Shown piece by piece: positions 17,211 to 26,164 of a stretch of DNA of 40,545 nt (positions within the stretch are counted from its first letter, which is position 1; the number at the start of each line of letters is the position of its first letter). Both the position numbers and the translations under genes were made by a program. The DNA comes from a virus (lineage: Duplodnaviria; Caudoviricetes), in the IMG/VR virus record IMGVR_UViG_3300033067_000687, positions 1 through 40,545 of that record; one strand, written 5' to 3'. The notes beneath the pieces are model-generated. The model did not search any database and was not told where the DNA came from. It was given only the letters and a program-made list of their open reading frames with translations.

Positions 17211-18209
17211 TCAGGCACGGAGTTGCTCCTGCTGAAGCGCCAGAACGCGGAGGCGGGTCTTCGCATCGAACGACACCGGCGCAACCTCGGACTCGCCGTC
17301 GTCCTTGCCCTCGCCGCTGTCCGACTCGTCGTAGAGCGCCTTCAACTCGGTGACGGCGTTCTCCATGTGGCCCATGCACTTGCCCAGGCGCTCGCGGTTG
17401 CCGCGCGAGATCATCCGGCCGATCTTCTCGTCCAGCGCCTTGACGGCCGGCACGAACGCCTGCTCGACCTCTACCGACTCACCAAGCGACGGCGAGCCGT
17501 CCTCGTTGAATGAGTACGGCACCTGGAAGTACCGCTCGCGAGTGACGGACGGCCCCTCGTCGTCGTAGTTGTAGGCGCGGAAGACGAGGCGGTCCGGGTA
17601 GGTGGCGACGATCCAGCCGCTGCCGAAACGAGTCCGGCACATGGTCGCCAGCATGCCGGCCAGTTCCTCGTAGGAACCCCGGTACGCCTTCGTCTCGACG
17701 GCCGGCTCGTCGCTCTTGGCCGAGACGGTCACGGTGGACTCGTTCGCGCCGACCAGCACCGGCGACCACTCGTGCAGCCGGCCCTTCACCAGATCGCGGA
17801 CGCCCTTCGCGTCGTAGCGGTCCTCGGTGACTTGGTAGCCGATGCTGTACTGGTCGATGATGCCGTGCTTGATGTCGGAGAACGCCTCGCGACCGCGCTG
17901 CGTCTCCAGGTTGAACTGGCTCTTGATGTACAGCCCGCCCAGGTTCTTGAGCGACGGCGGCAGAGCAGGGTCGCCCGGCGCAAGTTCGCGGGCTTCGAGC
18001 GTCTTGGCGACCGGCTGCTTCCAGTCGTGCATCCAGACGCCCTTCGGGAGACGGGCGGCGATGGAGTCCTTGAAGAAGCCGGGCAACACCCGCTCCTTCT
18101 GGGAGTCCACGTTGCCGAAGACGCTGACGATGGCCTCGACCACGCCGAGATCACCCTCGGTCGTCGCGGCCTTGATCTCCGTCTCGAACGTGCGCCGAAT
18201 CAGATCCAC
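17211..18209 (-). CDS. HK97-family prohead protease with C-terminal extension
   Basis: SVFGNVDS...WMHDW...YSIGY...LHEWSPVLVGAN. Confidence 0.92.
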   Translation of the reverse strand: MDLIRRTFETEIKAATTEGDLGVVEAIVSVFGNVDSQKERVLPGFFKDSIAARLPKGVWMHDWKQPVAKTLEARELAPGDPALPPSLKNLGGLYIKSQFNLETQRGREAFSDIKHGIIDQYSIGYQVTEDRYDAKGVRDLVKGRLHEWSPVLVGANESTVTVSAKSDEPAVETKAYRGSYEELAGMLATMCRTRFGSGWIVATYPDRLVFRAYNYDDEGPSVTRERYFQVPYSFNEDGSPSLGESVEVEQAFVPAVKALDEKIGRMISRGNRERLGKCMGHMENAVTELKALYDESDSGEGKDDGESEVAPVSFDAKTRLRVLALQQEQLRA

Positions 18210-18273
18210 GGTGCGCCCTCCTGCTCAGGACGGGGCGCACGGCCGCTGCTGGCTGACATCTGCATGCTACCAG

Positions 18274-18663
18274 TTACGATCCGGGGCGGTCAAAGTGACC
18301 GCCTTTTGTTGCCACATGTGATCGCACGTAGCGGAGCACCTGTTCGAGCGTGACGCCGCCCCAGGCCAGCGACGAGCGGTCCGGCCAGCCGATCTTGACC
18401 ACCCACCAGCCGCCTTCGTCCACGATTCGGCCTCCCGGAGACACGAACTTGGCCGGCGGCGAGTACGTGATCTGAATGTGACAGCCTTCGAGCACCAGGG
18501 CGTCGAGCGCGCGGACGCCGGCCATCGTGACCAGCGGGCGGCTCGGCGTGCGGACCTTGACCGGCTCGGCGCGGAACAGGCTCTTCACGGCGTCGATGAT
18601 CGCCCGTCCGACCTCGCGGAAGAAGTCGAAGACGGCCGCCACCATGTCCTTCACGATGTTCAC
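18274..18663 (-). CDS. Hypothetical protein
   Basis: RBS and overlap with the upstream ORF. Confidence 0.5.
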   Translation of the reverse strand: MNIVKDMVAAVFDFFREVGRAIIDAVKSLFRAEPVKVRTPSRPLVTMAGVRALDALVLEGCHIQITYSPPAKFVSPGGRIVDEGGWWVVKIGWPDRSSLAWGGVTLEQVLRYVRSHVATKGGHFDRPGS

Positions 18664-18866
18664 GACTGCCCTCCCTGCGCCGCCCCGAGCACCGACTTCT
18701 GGTAGTCCAGCGTCAGGGCCAGCGCCTCATCGCGGGTCAGACCCGCCTCGACCAGCGTCGCGTGGTACGAGGCGACGGTCCGCGCAAAGTTCAGCATCGC
18801 CGCCAACCCCTGGTCGAAGTCGGCGTTCGTCTTCAACTCGCGGGCGATGTCGTCCAGCCCGCCCAT
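18660..18866 (-). CDS. Hypothetical protein
   Basis: YHATLVEAGLTRDEALALT, a pattern common in small phage proteins; coupled. Confidence 0.6.
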   Translation of the reverse strand: MGGLDDIARELKTNADFDQGLAAMLNFARTVASYHATLVEAGLTRDEALALTLDYQKSVLGAAQGGQS

Positions 18867-19120
18867 CAGGACTGGCCTGCCATCGCCGCCTTGATCTTCC
18901 GGATGATCGAGCCGGGCGCTTCGCTGGTGAAGACGGCGTTCTCGTCGCCGCCGTTCTGCTTCAGGACGATGGCCGTCTTGACGATGGGCGACGGCGACAG
19001 CGCGGTTGGGGAGGAACTGACCAGCAGGACCGAGCCAGCGTCGATGTACACGTCGGCCGTGGCGATGATCTCTTTGGTGCGGGTGTTGACGATGATGCTC
19101 CTGACCCTGAACGGGTGCAT
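18866..19120 (-). CDS. Hypothetical protein
   Basis: AAGGAGG RBS. Confidence 0.55.
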   Translation of the reverse strand: MHPFRVRSIIVNTRTKEIIATADVYIDAGSVLLVSSSPTALSPSPIVKTAIVLKQNGGDENAVFTSEAPGSIIRKIKAAMAGQS

Positions 19121-19170
19121 GGTGTCCTCCTTGCCGACCCGCGTCCGTTACACTCGGCGCGGGAGGCTCT

Positions 19171-19656
19171 ATGCGGTGGATGGCGTTACTGGCAGTCCTG
19201 TTCTCGTTGCTGGCGTCCGAAGCGTCGGCCCAGGAGATGTACGCAACGGACCTGATGCCCCCGAAAGAGGCGATCCCGGCCGGCTTCGTCTACTTGCCGT
19301 CCGAGAGTTGGCTCTGCTGCCAGGGGATGGCGATGGAACGTAGCTACGGCAAGACCTCGAACCGCTGGAAGGTCAGCGCCGTCGTGCTGCCGACCGCCGA
19401 AGATGCCGTCGCTCGCTGCCAGGAGATCGTCGCGGGTCGCCCCGGTGAGATCACCGAAGAGGCCGGCTACGGCGAGCGGGCGTGGCGCACCATTCGACAG
19501 ACGCCCCTGATCCGGTTCGAGTCGCTCTACTTCCAGCAGGGCGGCGTCTGCGCTGGCGTGTCTCAGGAGGCCGACTCGCGCCTCGACCCCGCCGAGCAGG
19601 CAGCGAACCTGGAGATGCTCGTCAGGCTCGTGGAGTCGAAGGCGCTCGGTCGGTAG
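19171..19656 (+). CDS. Secreted protein on the opposite strand (moron-like)
   Basis: GGGAGG RBS; signal peptide MRWMALLAVLFSLLASEASA; fills a gap with no credible - strand gene. Confidence 0.7.
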   Translation: MRWMALLAVLFSLLASEASAQEMYATDLMPPKEAIPAGFVYLPSESWLCCQGMAMERSYGKTSNRWKVSAVVLPTAEDAVARCQEIVAGRPGEITEEAGYGERAWRTIRQTPLIRFESLYFQQGGVCAGVSQEADSRLDPAEQAANLEMLVRLVESKALGR

Positions 19657-19658
19657 CA

Positions 19659-19943
19659 TCAGGCGCGCTCGCCCAGGTCGAAGACGTGGCGGGTCGCGAG
19701 GCCGTAGTTGTAGCAACTCTCAAACTCGAACGAGCCGACGTAGACGGCCCCGTCCGGCACGATCATGTGCGAGCCGATCACATCGAACTCGCGGACGACC
19801 CTCGGCGCGGCCTCGTCTTCGAGCACGGTCAGCACACAGCCGAAGTGTCCAGCCGGGGCCGTCACCCTGAGCAGTTGCGCGCCCTTACGGAGCGAGAGGG
19901 CCATGTGGCCCGGCGCGAGCGGGTAGGTGTTGACGATCCTCAC
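19659..19943 (-). CDS. Conserved-looking phage hypothetical protein
   Basis: RIVNTYPL...GAQLLRV...FDVIGSH...YVGS...HVFD pattern; GTG overlaps the upstream stop. Confidence 0.6.
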   Translation of the reverse strand: MRIVNTYPLAPGHMALSLRKGAQLLRVTAPAGHFGCVLTVLEDEAAPRVVREFDVIGSHMIVPDGAVYVGSFEFESCYNYGLATRHVFDLGERA

Positions 19944-20161
19944 GGCTGGCCGTCCCTCTCGACGCCGTAGCGAGCGCAGTCCTGCGAGCAGAAGTGGAGC
20001 GGCTCTGCCCGCTCGTCGGTGACGTGCTTGACGATCCACCAGCCGGCCGGCACGTCCTGGTAGCGGCCGGTCGGTGCCTCGGCGTCGCACTCCACACGGT
20101 CGCAGCGGATGACGCTGATCGTGACCGTCGCGACCTGTTCTACGGTCTTCAATGCAAACAT
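19940..20161 (-). CDS. Small zinc-binding hypothetical protein
   Basis: CDRVEC...HFCSQDC. Confidence 0.6.
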   Translation of the reverse strand: MFALKTVEQVATVTISVIRCDRVECDAEAPTGRYQDVPAGWWIVKHVTDERAEPLHFCSQDCARYGVERDGQP

Positions 20162-20169
20162 CGCGGTCC

Positions 20170-20433
20170 CTACCTGGAACGCGGGAGCGCCTGCACGACG
20201 CGCTCGCAGATGGCCTCGGCCGTGTCAGTGCAGAACACATCGCCCTGGCCTTCGATGTGGACGAGGGTGCAGTTCTTCTTGACCGGCGCGATGGCGGCCG
20301 GGATGGCCGTAGCCGAGACGAAGGCCGACGCCAGGAAGTAGAACGGCAGCACGCGCGGCTTCGGCTCCGCACCGACGAACGCCGGCGGCTCGGGCGGGTG
20401 GTTGATGGCGTAGACGGAGGTCTTGACGATCAC
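20170..20433 (-). CDS. Hypothetical protein
   Basis: Purine-rich RBS; tight packing. Confidence 0.5.
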   Translation of the reverse strand: MIVKTSVYAINHPPEPPAFVGAEPKPRVLPFYFLASAFVSATAIPAAIAPVKKNCTLVHIEGQGDVFCTDTAEAICERVVQALPRSR

Positions 20434-20460
20434 GGTTCCCCCTTCGAGTGGGCTGTCGCG

Positions 20461-20709
20461 CTACTGAGAATCGCCCGGCGGGACGAACTGCGTCAGCGCG
20501 ACGAACTTGACGCAGCCGTAGGTGGGTTCGGTGGCGAGACGGGCGTAGGTCTGGACCCGTTCGCCCGAGAGCGGACGCATCCGCACCAACGCGGCGATGG
20601 GCGAGACGGGCTTGCCGATGTGCTCGACGCCCTCGACCGCCTTGCAGTAGCCGAAGCCCGCCCCCGGACTCGGCTCCCAGAAGCGGCAGTTGGCGCAGAC
20701 CGGCTCCAT
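20461..20709 (-). CDS. Small Cys-rich protein (starts MEPVCANCRFW)
   Basis: CxxC-x-F-W...GYC...YGCVKF. Confidence 0.6.
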   Translation of the reverse strand: MEPVCANCRFWEPSPGAGFGYCKAVEGVEHIGKPVSPIAALVRMRPLSGERVQTYARLATEPTYGCVKFVALTQFVPPGDSQ

Positions 20710-21050
20710 CAGAACGGCACGGTGATAACGGGCCGCGTCCAGCCGCCCTCGACCAGACTGACCACGTTGGCGCGGTGCTCCGGCAGCACGTCGCGATAGG
20801 CTCTCGCCCGGACCAGGAGGTGTGGGCGGGTCTTCCACCACTCGATCACCTCGACGGTGACAGGACCGGCGATGACCGTCTGCTCGCCGGAGACGCGCCG
20901 CACCCACCGCTCGGCAACCTGGGTGATGTGGTCGGCGTCGAGCAGGGCGTAAGCGCCGTCTTCCGGTGACCACGCGCCGAGACGGTCGCGGCGAATGCGG
21001 AGGGTGACGACGAAGCCGCCCAGGATGTAGGCTGCCTGCGAAGCTTCCAT
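20709..21050 (-). CDS. Hypothetical protein
   Basis: TGATG coupling on both sides. Confidence 0.5.
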   Translation of the reverse strand: MEASQAAYILGGFVVTLRIRRDRLGAWSPEDGAYALLDADHITQVAERWVRRVSGEQTVIAGPVTVEVIEWWKTRPHLLVRARAYRDVLPEHRANVVSLVEGGWTRPVITVPF

Positions 21051-21202
21051 CAGAACGGCAGCGGCGGCAACTTGCCGGCGAGGCCGACCGATGCGAGCCG
21101 TCCCTTGCGGCGGGCAAACTTCTTGGGGTCGGTCGATCCCCAGGTCTTCAGGTACGACGCGCGGTTGCTCGACTTACTCGGCCGGATGCGTGACTTCCGC
21201 AT
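21050..21202 (-). CDS. Small basic protein (50 aa, starts MRKSRIR)
   Basis: GGAGG RBS, ATG at 21202. Confidence 0.55.
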   Translation of the reverse strand: MRKSRIRPSKSSNRASYLKTWGSTDPKKFARRKGRLASVGLAGKLPPLPF

Positions 21203-21216
21203 GATGCCTCCCTCGG

Positions 21217-23256
21217 TCAGTCCACGATGGGGATGAAGGCGCGGCGGCACCTGGGGTGGGCCAGGAGGTTGTTCGCCGCATGCGCCAGCGTCCAGGTCTT
21301 GCCGTTGGTCTTCTTGCACTCGTCGTCGTAGTCGCCGTCGTGAACCTTCACCTTCGAGACGACGCCCGACTTGGCGTAGGAGAGCAGTTGGCCGGCGTTG
21401 TAGGCGTTGCCGCTCTCGGTGAGCGCGATGGTCATGGCGCGGTTGCGGTACGTCTGCTCAACGTGCTCGCGGACCGCCTTCGCCAACTGGTCGGGGGACG
21501 CGCCGCCCTCGCGGCCGAGCATCTTGCCGATCAGCGAGCGGATGTCGGCCTTCGTGGTGTCGGAGATGCCGACGATCCGGGAGGCCAGGGTGTCGAGCAC
21601 GTCCTGAACCTCGGGCATCGGCCGGCTGAAGGTCGCCTTGACGCCCAGGAACGGGGCCAGATCGGCACCGGCGGCGTTGAGCGCCTGTAGCGTTGCGTCG
21701 TCCAGGGCGTCCTTCACGTCGTCGTGGTCGAGCACGTCCAGCCAGACGGTGATGTCGTCTTCTGTCGCCTTGTACCGGAATGGTTCCGGGCCGAAGTGCA
21801 GGACAACCGCGTCCGTCTCCTTCTGCTGGATCGCGCCGACGACCCGATCACCCATCCGCTTGAACGACAGGAACAGTTGCTCGGTCAGGGCGTCTTCGAT
21901 CCCCTTCAGTGAGGCGTCGCGCTTGCGGACCAGCGTCTCAGCCGAGAACGGGCGGCGGCGGGCCTTCGCGCCCTTCGGAGCGTCCTCGGGGTCTTCCTCG
22001 TCGTCCGCTCCCTCGGGATCAGCCTTGCCCGGCTTCAGCGCCTCGGGGATCTCTTCGACCACCACGTCGGCGCGCGGATCAGTGTCCTTCGGGAAGTTCA
22101 TCCCGACGCGAGCCTCGTTCAGCGAGATGATGCGGTCACGGCGGGCGGCTCCCAGGCGAGTCCAGAGCGCATCCACGTCCTCGGAGAGCGAGCGGACCTC
22201 GCTGGTGTCGAAGGCGGCGTAGTAGCTGTCGTCGTCGGTGAAGTCGGCGTACAGCAGGCCGAGCGTGAAGGCGTCAGCGACCAGATCCCACCGGGGGATC
22301 AGCGTCGTCTCGGTCCAGAACTGCTTGAGCGTGGTCGCATTCGAGTAGGTCGCGGAGTCCAGGCCCGCGCCGAGTCCGGCCAGGATGGCGGGCACTTCGT
22401 ACGCGGCCGAGATCCGCGTCTCGGGCACCCGGCGCAGGGCGGCGTCTGCGAGTTCCGAGAGGTTCAGGCCGATCCGATTGACGGCCATCTCGCTGCCCTC
22501 GGCAATCATGATGTCGCCGCGATTGTCGCCGCCGAAGCGGGTGCGGAACTGCTGCTGGATGCGCTGGAAGGCGTCTTCCCGGAGGTTGCCCTTGACGGTG
22601 ATGACCGTTCGGGGCGTGGCGTCGTTCTTCAGCAGCGCGTGGACGTAGCGCCCGGCCTCGTTGTCGGTGTCAACCTCGCGGGCGATGGCGACGATGGGGC
22701 TGAGGCCGACCTGGGGCTGGCGCGGGTCCGGTGCCCACCGCAGGACGATCACGTCCTCGGGCTTGATGGTCGGGTCGAGACGGAAGGTGCCGGTCTGGTC
22801 GAGCGTCTTGTAGCCGACGATCCAGTTCCGGGAGTCCAGCACCGGCTGGATGACGCCGGGATGGAGCGGCCACAGTTCGACAGGCGTCCGGCCGTCCACG
22901 GCCGAGCGGCGCTTCAGCACGTAGCACGTCCCGCCGATGGCCTTCCAGGTGTAGACGAACGACATGAACTCTTTGCGGCCCATGTGCGGGTTCGGTCGGT
23001 TCAGCAGCCGCGTGAACGGATGGTTCGGGACGATCTCGGAGCCGTTGGCGGTGCGCTTCTTGACGACCATCGGCGGCTCGGGGAAGGCCAGCGCGCCGGC
23101 GCGGATGCACGAGAAGACGGCGCTGTTCTTGCGGTAGCCCTCGCTGACGAGGGTGTCCCACGCCTGATCCATGACGGGGGCGTCCTGCCACGGCATCGTG
23201 AAGCGAGCGACCGCCGATTTGGTGCTGGCGAGCATCCTGCCGAGAGCGTCGAGCAT
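21217..23256 (-). CDS. HK97-type portal fused to a MuF (Mu gpF-like) minor head domain
   Basis: Portal motifs AVFSCI, HPFTRLLNRPNP, ELWPLHP, GLSPI, SLNEAR; then RAMTIALTE...DDECK..NG...HPRCRR. Confidence 0.88.
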   Translation of the reverse strand: MLDALGRMLASTKSAVARFTMPWQDAPVMDQAWDTLVSEGYRKNSAVFSCIRAGALAFPEPPMVVKKRTANGSEIVPNHPFTRLLNRPNPHMGRKEFMSFVYTWKAIGGTCYVLKRRSAVDGRTPVELWPLHPGVIQPVLDSRNWIVGYKTLDQTGTFRLDPTIKPEDVIVLRWAPDPRQPQVGLSPIVAIAREVDTDNEAGRYVHALLKNDATPRTVITVKGNLREDAFQRIQQQFRTRFGGDNRGDIMIAEGSEMAVNRIGLNLSELADAALRRVPETRISAAYEVPAILAGLGAGLDSATYSNATTLKQFWTETTLIPRWDLVADAFTLGLLYADFTDDDSYYAAFDTSEVRSLSEDVDALWTRLGAARRDRIISLNEARVGMNFPKDTDPRADVVVEEIPEALKPGKADPEGADDEEDPEDAPKGAKARRRPFSAETLVRKRDASLKGIEDALTEQLFLSFKRMGDRVVGAIQQKETDAVVLHFGPEPFRYKATEDDITVWLDVLDHDDVKDALDDATLQALNAAGADLAPFLGVKATFSRPMPEVQDVLDTLASRIVGISDTTKADIRSLIGKMLGREGGASPDQLAKAVREHVEQTYRNRAMTIALTESGNAYNAGQLLSYAKSGVVSKVKVHDGDYDDECKKTNGKTWTLAHAANNLLAHPRCRRAFIPIVD

Positions 23257-23314
23257 CGGTCCTCCCGTGCTGATGGTAGCACAGAGATGCCGTGTTGACC
23301 GCCTGTTGATGTCA

Positions 23315-24793
23315 CTATGCCGACAGTGAGCGGACGCGAACCTCGGGCGTGCTGCGGTAGGCCCACCATGCGATAGCGGTCGCCATCACGCAGTCGTCGT
23401 GCATGCCTTCGGGGGCGCTGTAGCGGAGCATCCCGCTGCCGGCCCGCTCCGACTCGAACGCCTGGAGTTCGCCCAGGTAGATCGGGTCGTTGATCGTCTC
23501 GATCTCCCGCCGCTCGTAGGCCAGTTGCAACGCTTCGATGGCCTCGACTTTGCTGGAGGCGGTCGTCATGAACGGCTCGATGGGCAGGCCGTCGCGGTAC
23601 TCGCCCTCCCGCCAGACCTGATCGGCGCGTGGATCGACCTCGAAAGCCAGCACCCGGCCGTGTCGAACCTCCCGCAATGGGTACGGCAGGCGGTCCGGAT
23701 CGACCACGGTCAGCGTGTCCAAGTGGCCGTCGCGTCGGAGCATGAACGTCTGACTGCCACGGACGGCGATCCGGACGTAGGCCACGTCGGGCTGCTCGCG
23801 CTTCTCGGGCCGCATCAGGCTCTCGATGATCGGCACGCCGATGCTGTTCGCCTCGGGGGCGACGACCTCTGGCTCGAACAGGTCGTAGAGCGCCCGCAGC
23901 CGGCCGGTCTGGACGGCGTAGTCGATCATGTTGAACCGCTCGACGCGGACCACGCGGCGGCAGCAGGCGTCGAGCACGACGATCACGGTGAAGTCGTTCA
24001 GCTTGCCCCAATCGACGCCGAAGACGTACCGATGGCCCGGCACCGCCTCTTCCTGGTACTCGGCCACGGCCTGCTCCGCGACGAAGCGGAAGACGCCGTT
24101 GGTGTCGTCCAAGAATTGCGCCATGTGCTCTTGGAGGAAGATCAGTTCGGGCATCGACGCGCGGGCGTCGTCAATCTCGGACGGCGGGATGAACGGATTG
24201 GCCGTGGTCGGGAAGTGGAACGTCTTCCAGAGCGGCTGCACCGCGTCCAGGCCGCGCTGGTAGACGTGCCAGAACCAGTTCCGGCCCTTCGGCGTGCTGA
24301 TGAAGAGCGCCTTGCCCTGGCGGTCAGCGAGCGCCGGCCGGATGACCTCGGTCCAGGCCCGCTCTTTGATGAACGCGGCCTCGTCAAAGACCACGAAGTC
24401 CAGACCCTCGCCGCGTAGGTTGTCGGGGTCTTTGGCCGACTTGCAGCGGACGAAGCCGCCGTTCGGGAACTCCACCGAGAAGTCGCCGTCGCGGATGTCT
24501 GCGCCCGGCACCTTCTGGGCGACGGCCCGGACCATCCTCCAGCCGATCACGGCGACGCCGTAGGTCGGGGCGACCCACCAGCACTTCTTGCCGGCCGCTG
24601 CGAGCAGGATGCAGAGCAGCGCGCCAAGCTTCGTCTTGCCGAAGCGGCGACCGGCTGCGACAACGACGAAGCGGACCGTCGTCTCCAGCAGCGTCTTCAG
24701 GATCAGCGTCTGGCCCGGATGGGTGCGCGGCGGCTTCAGGACGATCCGCTCGGCCCCTTCCGGGACCGGGACGCTACTCCGGCGGGACGGCAT
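23315..24793 (-). CDS. terL: Terminase large subunit
   Basis: Walker A AGRRFGKT, LRGEGLDFVVFDEAA, ISTPKGRNWF, GVDWG, HDDCVMA; start codon uncertain. Confidence 0.95.
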   Translation of the reverse strand: MPSRRSSVPVPEGAERIVLKPPRTHPGQTLILKTLLETTVRFVVVAAGRRFGKTKLGALLCILLAAAGKKCWWVAPTYGVAVIGWRMVRAVAQKVPGADIRDGDFSVEFPNGGFVRCKSAKDPDNLRGEGLDFVVFDEAAFIKERAWTEVIRPALADRQGKALFISTPKGRNWFWHVYQRGLDAVQPLWKTFHFPTTANPFIPPSEIDDARASMPELIFLQEHMAQFLDDTNGVFRFVAEQAVAEYQEEAVPGHRYVFGVDWGKLNDFTVIVVLDACCRRVVRVERFNMIDYAVQTGRLRALYDLFEPEVVAPEANSIGVPIIESLMRPEKREQPDVAYVRIAVRGSQTFMLRRDGHLDTLTVVDPDRLPYPLREVRHGRVLAFEVDPRADQVWREGEYRDGLPIEPFMTTASSKVEAIEALQLAYERREIETINDPIYLGELQAFESERAGSGMLRYSAPEGMHDDCVMATAIAWWAYRSTPEVRVRSLSA

Positions 24794-25286
24794 CGGCCGG
24801 CACGTCTGGCTGCGGCGAGTGCATCTCCCAGGCGTCGGTGCCGTCGCCCCATTCAAGCTGAACGGTGACGGTCTTCTCCCGGTCCGCGACGCTGACCTCG
24901 GCCTTGCCAGTTGGGGAGGCGTACAGCCCGAGCAGGCGGGCGCGCATGCCCATCATGCCGGTCACGCGGTCGAACGCCATGTAGTCGCCGGCGACGGCCT
25001 TCGGCCAGAGCTTGGCGAACAGTTCGTCCAGGCGTTCGAGTTCGAGCACGCGGGCCTGCTCGACGGTTTCGGCGCGGTCGGTCCGCTGCCGTTCGAGCGC
25101 CGCGATCACGTCGGCGTGGGCGTTGCGCTCGCTGTAGCCCTTGCTGACGACGCCCCGCTGTCGGAGGGCTTCAGCGATGCGGCGGTAGGAGCCGCCCTGC
25201 TTGCGGAGGGTCAGCGCGGCGAACTCGCGGTCCTCGCGGCGCAGGCGCGCGGGCGCGGTGGGGTTGTTCTGGAGGTTGTCGGCCAT
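24774..25286 (-). CDS. terS: Probable terminase small subunit (HTH)
   Basis: ALTLRKQGGSYRRIAEAL...ELERLDEL...RARLLGL; directly upstream of and overlapping terL. Confidence 0.75.
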   Translation of the reverse strand: MADNLQNNPTAPARLRREDREFAALTLRKQGGSYRRIAEALRQRGVVSKGYSERNAHADVIAALERQRTDRAETVEQARVLELERLDELFAKLWPKAVAGDYMAFDRVTGMMGMRARLLGLYASPTGKAEVSVADREKTVTVQLEWGDGTDAWEMHSPQPDVPADAVPPE

Positions 25287-25365
25287 ACGGAGGCGTCGCT
25301 CGCTTTACGAGAACGCCGCCGCCGTATGCCTGGAAGGCAACCCGGCGTGCGGACGGGTGGATCAG

Positions 25366-25494
25366 TTAGCTACCGCTGGTCCGACCTTCAGCCGGAGCGG
25401 CAGCGCGGCGGCCGGTGACGCGGGCCACGGCCCGGCCGGCGGCACCCAGAAGATTCCGAGCACCAGCGCCAATGCGACCAAACAGGTTCCGCAC
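25366..25494 (-). CDS. 42-aa Arg/Ala/Gly-rich peptide absent from the ORF track
   Basis: AAGGAGGT RBS then GTG; MRNLFGRIGAGARNLLGAAGRAVARVTGRRAAAPAEGRTSGS. Confidence 0.7.
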   Translation of the reverse strand: MRNLFGRIGAGARNLLGAAGRAVARVTGRRAAAPAEGRTSGS

Positions 25495-25511
25495 GATGAG
25501 TTACCTCCTTC

Positions 25512-25940
25512 CTACGAGAGATCCCGGAAGCGACGGTCGATGCGAAGCAACGGCTCGGGGGGCACCGCTGCTTCGAGTTGGATGCCGAGTCGTTCTGCCA
25601 GAAGCATACCGTCAAGGTACTTGTCGCCGTGCTCCATTAGGTCGGTCTTCTGGAGGAACTCGTCCTTCTGCGCCCGCGACTGGAAGCAGACCGCGACCCA
25701 ATACTCCGAGTCGGTGGTGTCGGTGAAGCGGTCTTCCTCGCGAGCCGAGCGAGCCTTGAAGCCGGCCAAGACCTCCGACAACTCTTCCTTCGCGAGCGCC
25801 TCGGCCTCGTCAATCGTGGTCGGCTGGCCGTCGTCGTCGCCCCCGCCGTCGAGGGTGAGCGACTGGTCGTCCCCGAGCGCGAAGTCGTCCCCGCCGAGCG
25901 AGAACTCCAGATCCTGGCTGCTGGTGCGGCGTGGTGGCAC
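25512..25940 (-). CDS. Acidic protein, likely partner of the PP-loop enzyme
   Basis: AGGAGG RBS; Asp/Glu-rich N-terminus; DSEYWVAVCFQSRAQKDEFL...GDKYLDG. Confidence 0.7.
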   Translation of the reverse strand: MPPRRTSSQDLEFSLGGDDFALGDDQSLTLDGGGDDDGQPTTIDEAEALAKEELSEVLAGFKARSAREEDRFTDTTDSEYWVAVCFQSRAQKDEFLQKTDLMEHGDKYLDGMLLAERLGIQLEAAVPPEPLLRIDRRFRDLS

Positions 25941-25948
25941 GGTGCCTC

Positions 25949-26164
25949 CTACAGTCGGCCGGTCAGGCCGAAGATGATGACGGCGAGGGCAGCGCCGACG
26001 ACGATGCCGGCTCCGACCGAGACGCAGATCAGCGAGAAGACCCAGGTGACGACTTGGTAGGCGAGCATCGTCTCCTGCATCGACGTGTCCGGACTGTGAT
26101 CCTCGGGCGCGGAAGGGACCGGCCAGATGGCCGGCATCTCCTGGGCGTCAGGCGTAGAAGTCAC
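25949..26164 (-). CDS. Small membrane protein
   Basis: Long hydrophobic C-terminal segment; start uncertain. Confidence 0.5.
   Translation of the reverse strand: MTSTPDAQEMPAIWPVPSAPEDHSPDTSMQETMLAYQVVTWVFSLICVSVGAGIVVGAALAVIIFGLTGRL

Noticed and set aside
23594-23812. Intein in terL
   Set aside because: No N-terminal Cys/Ser block or His-Asn end, and it is too short.
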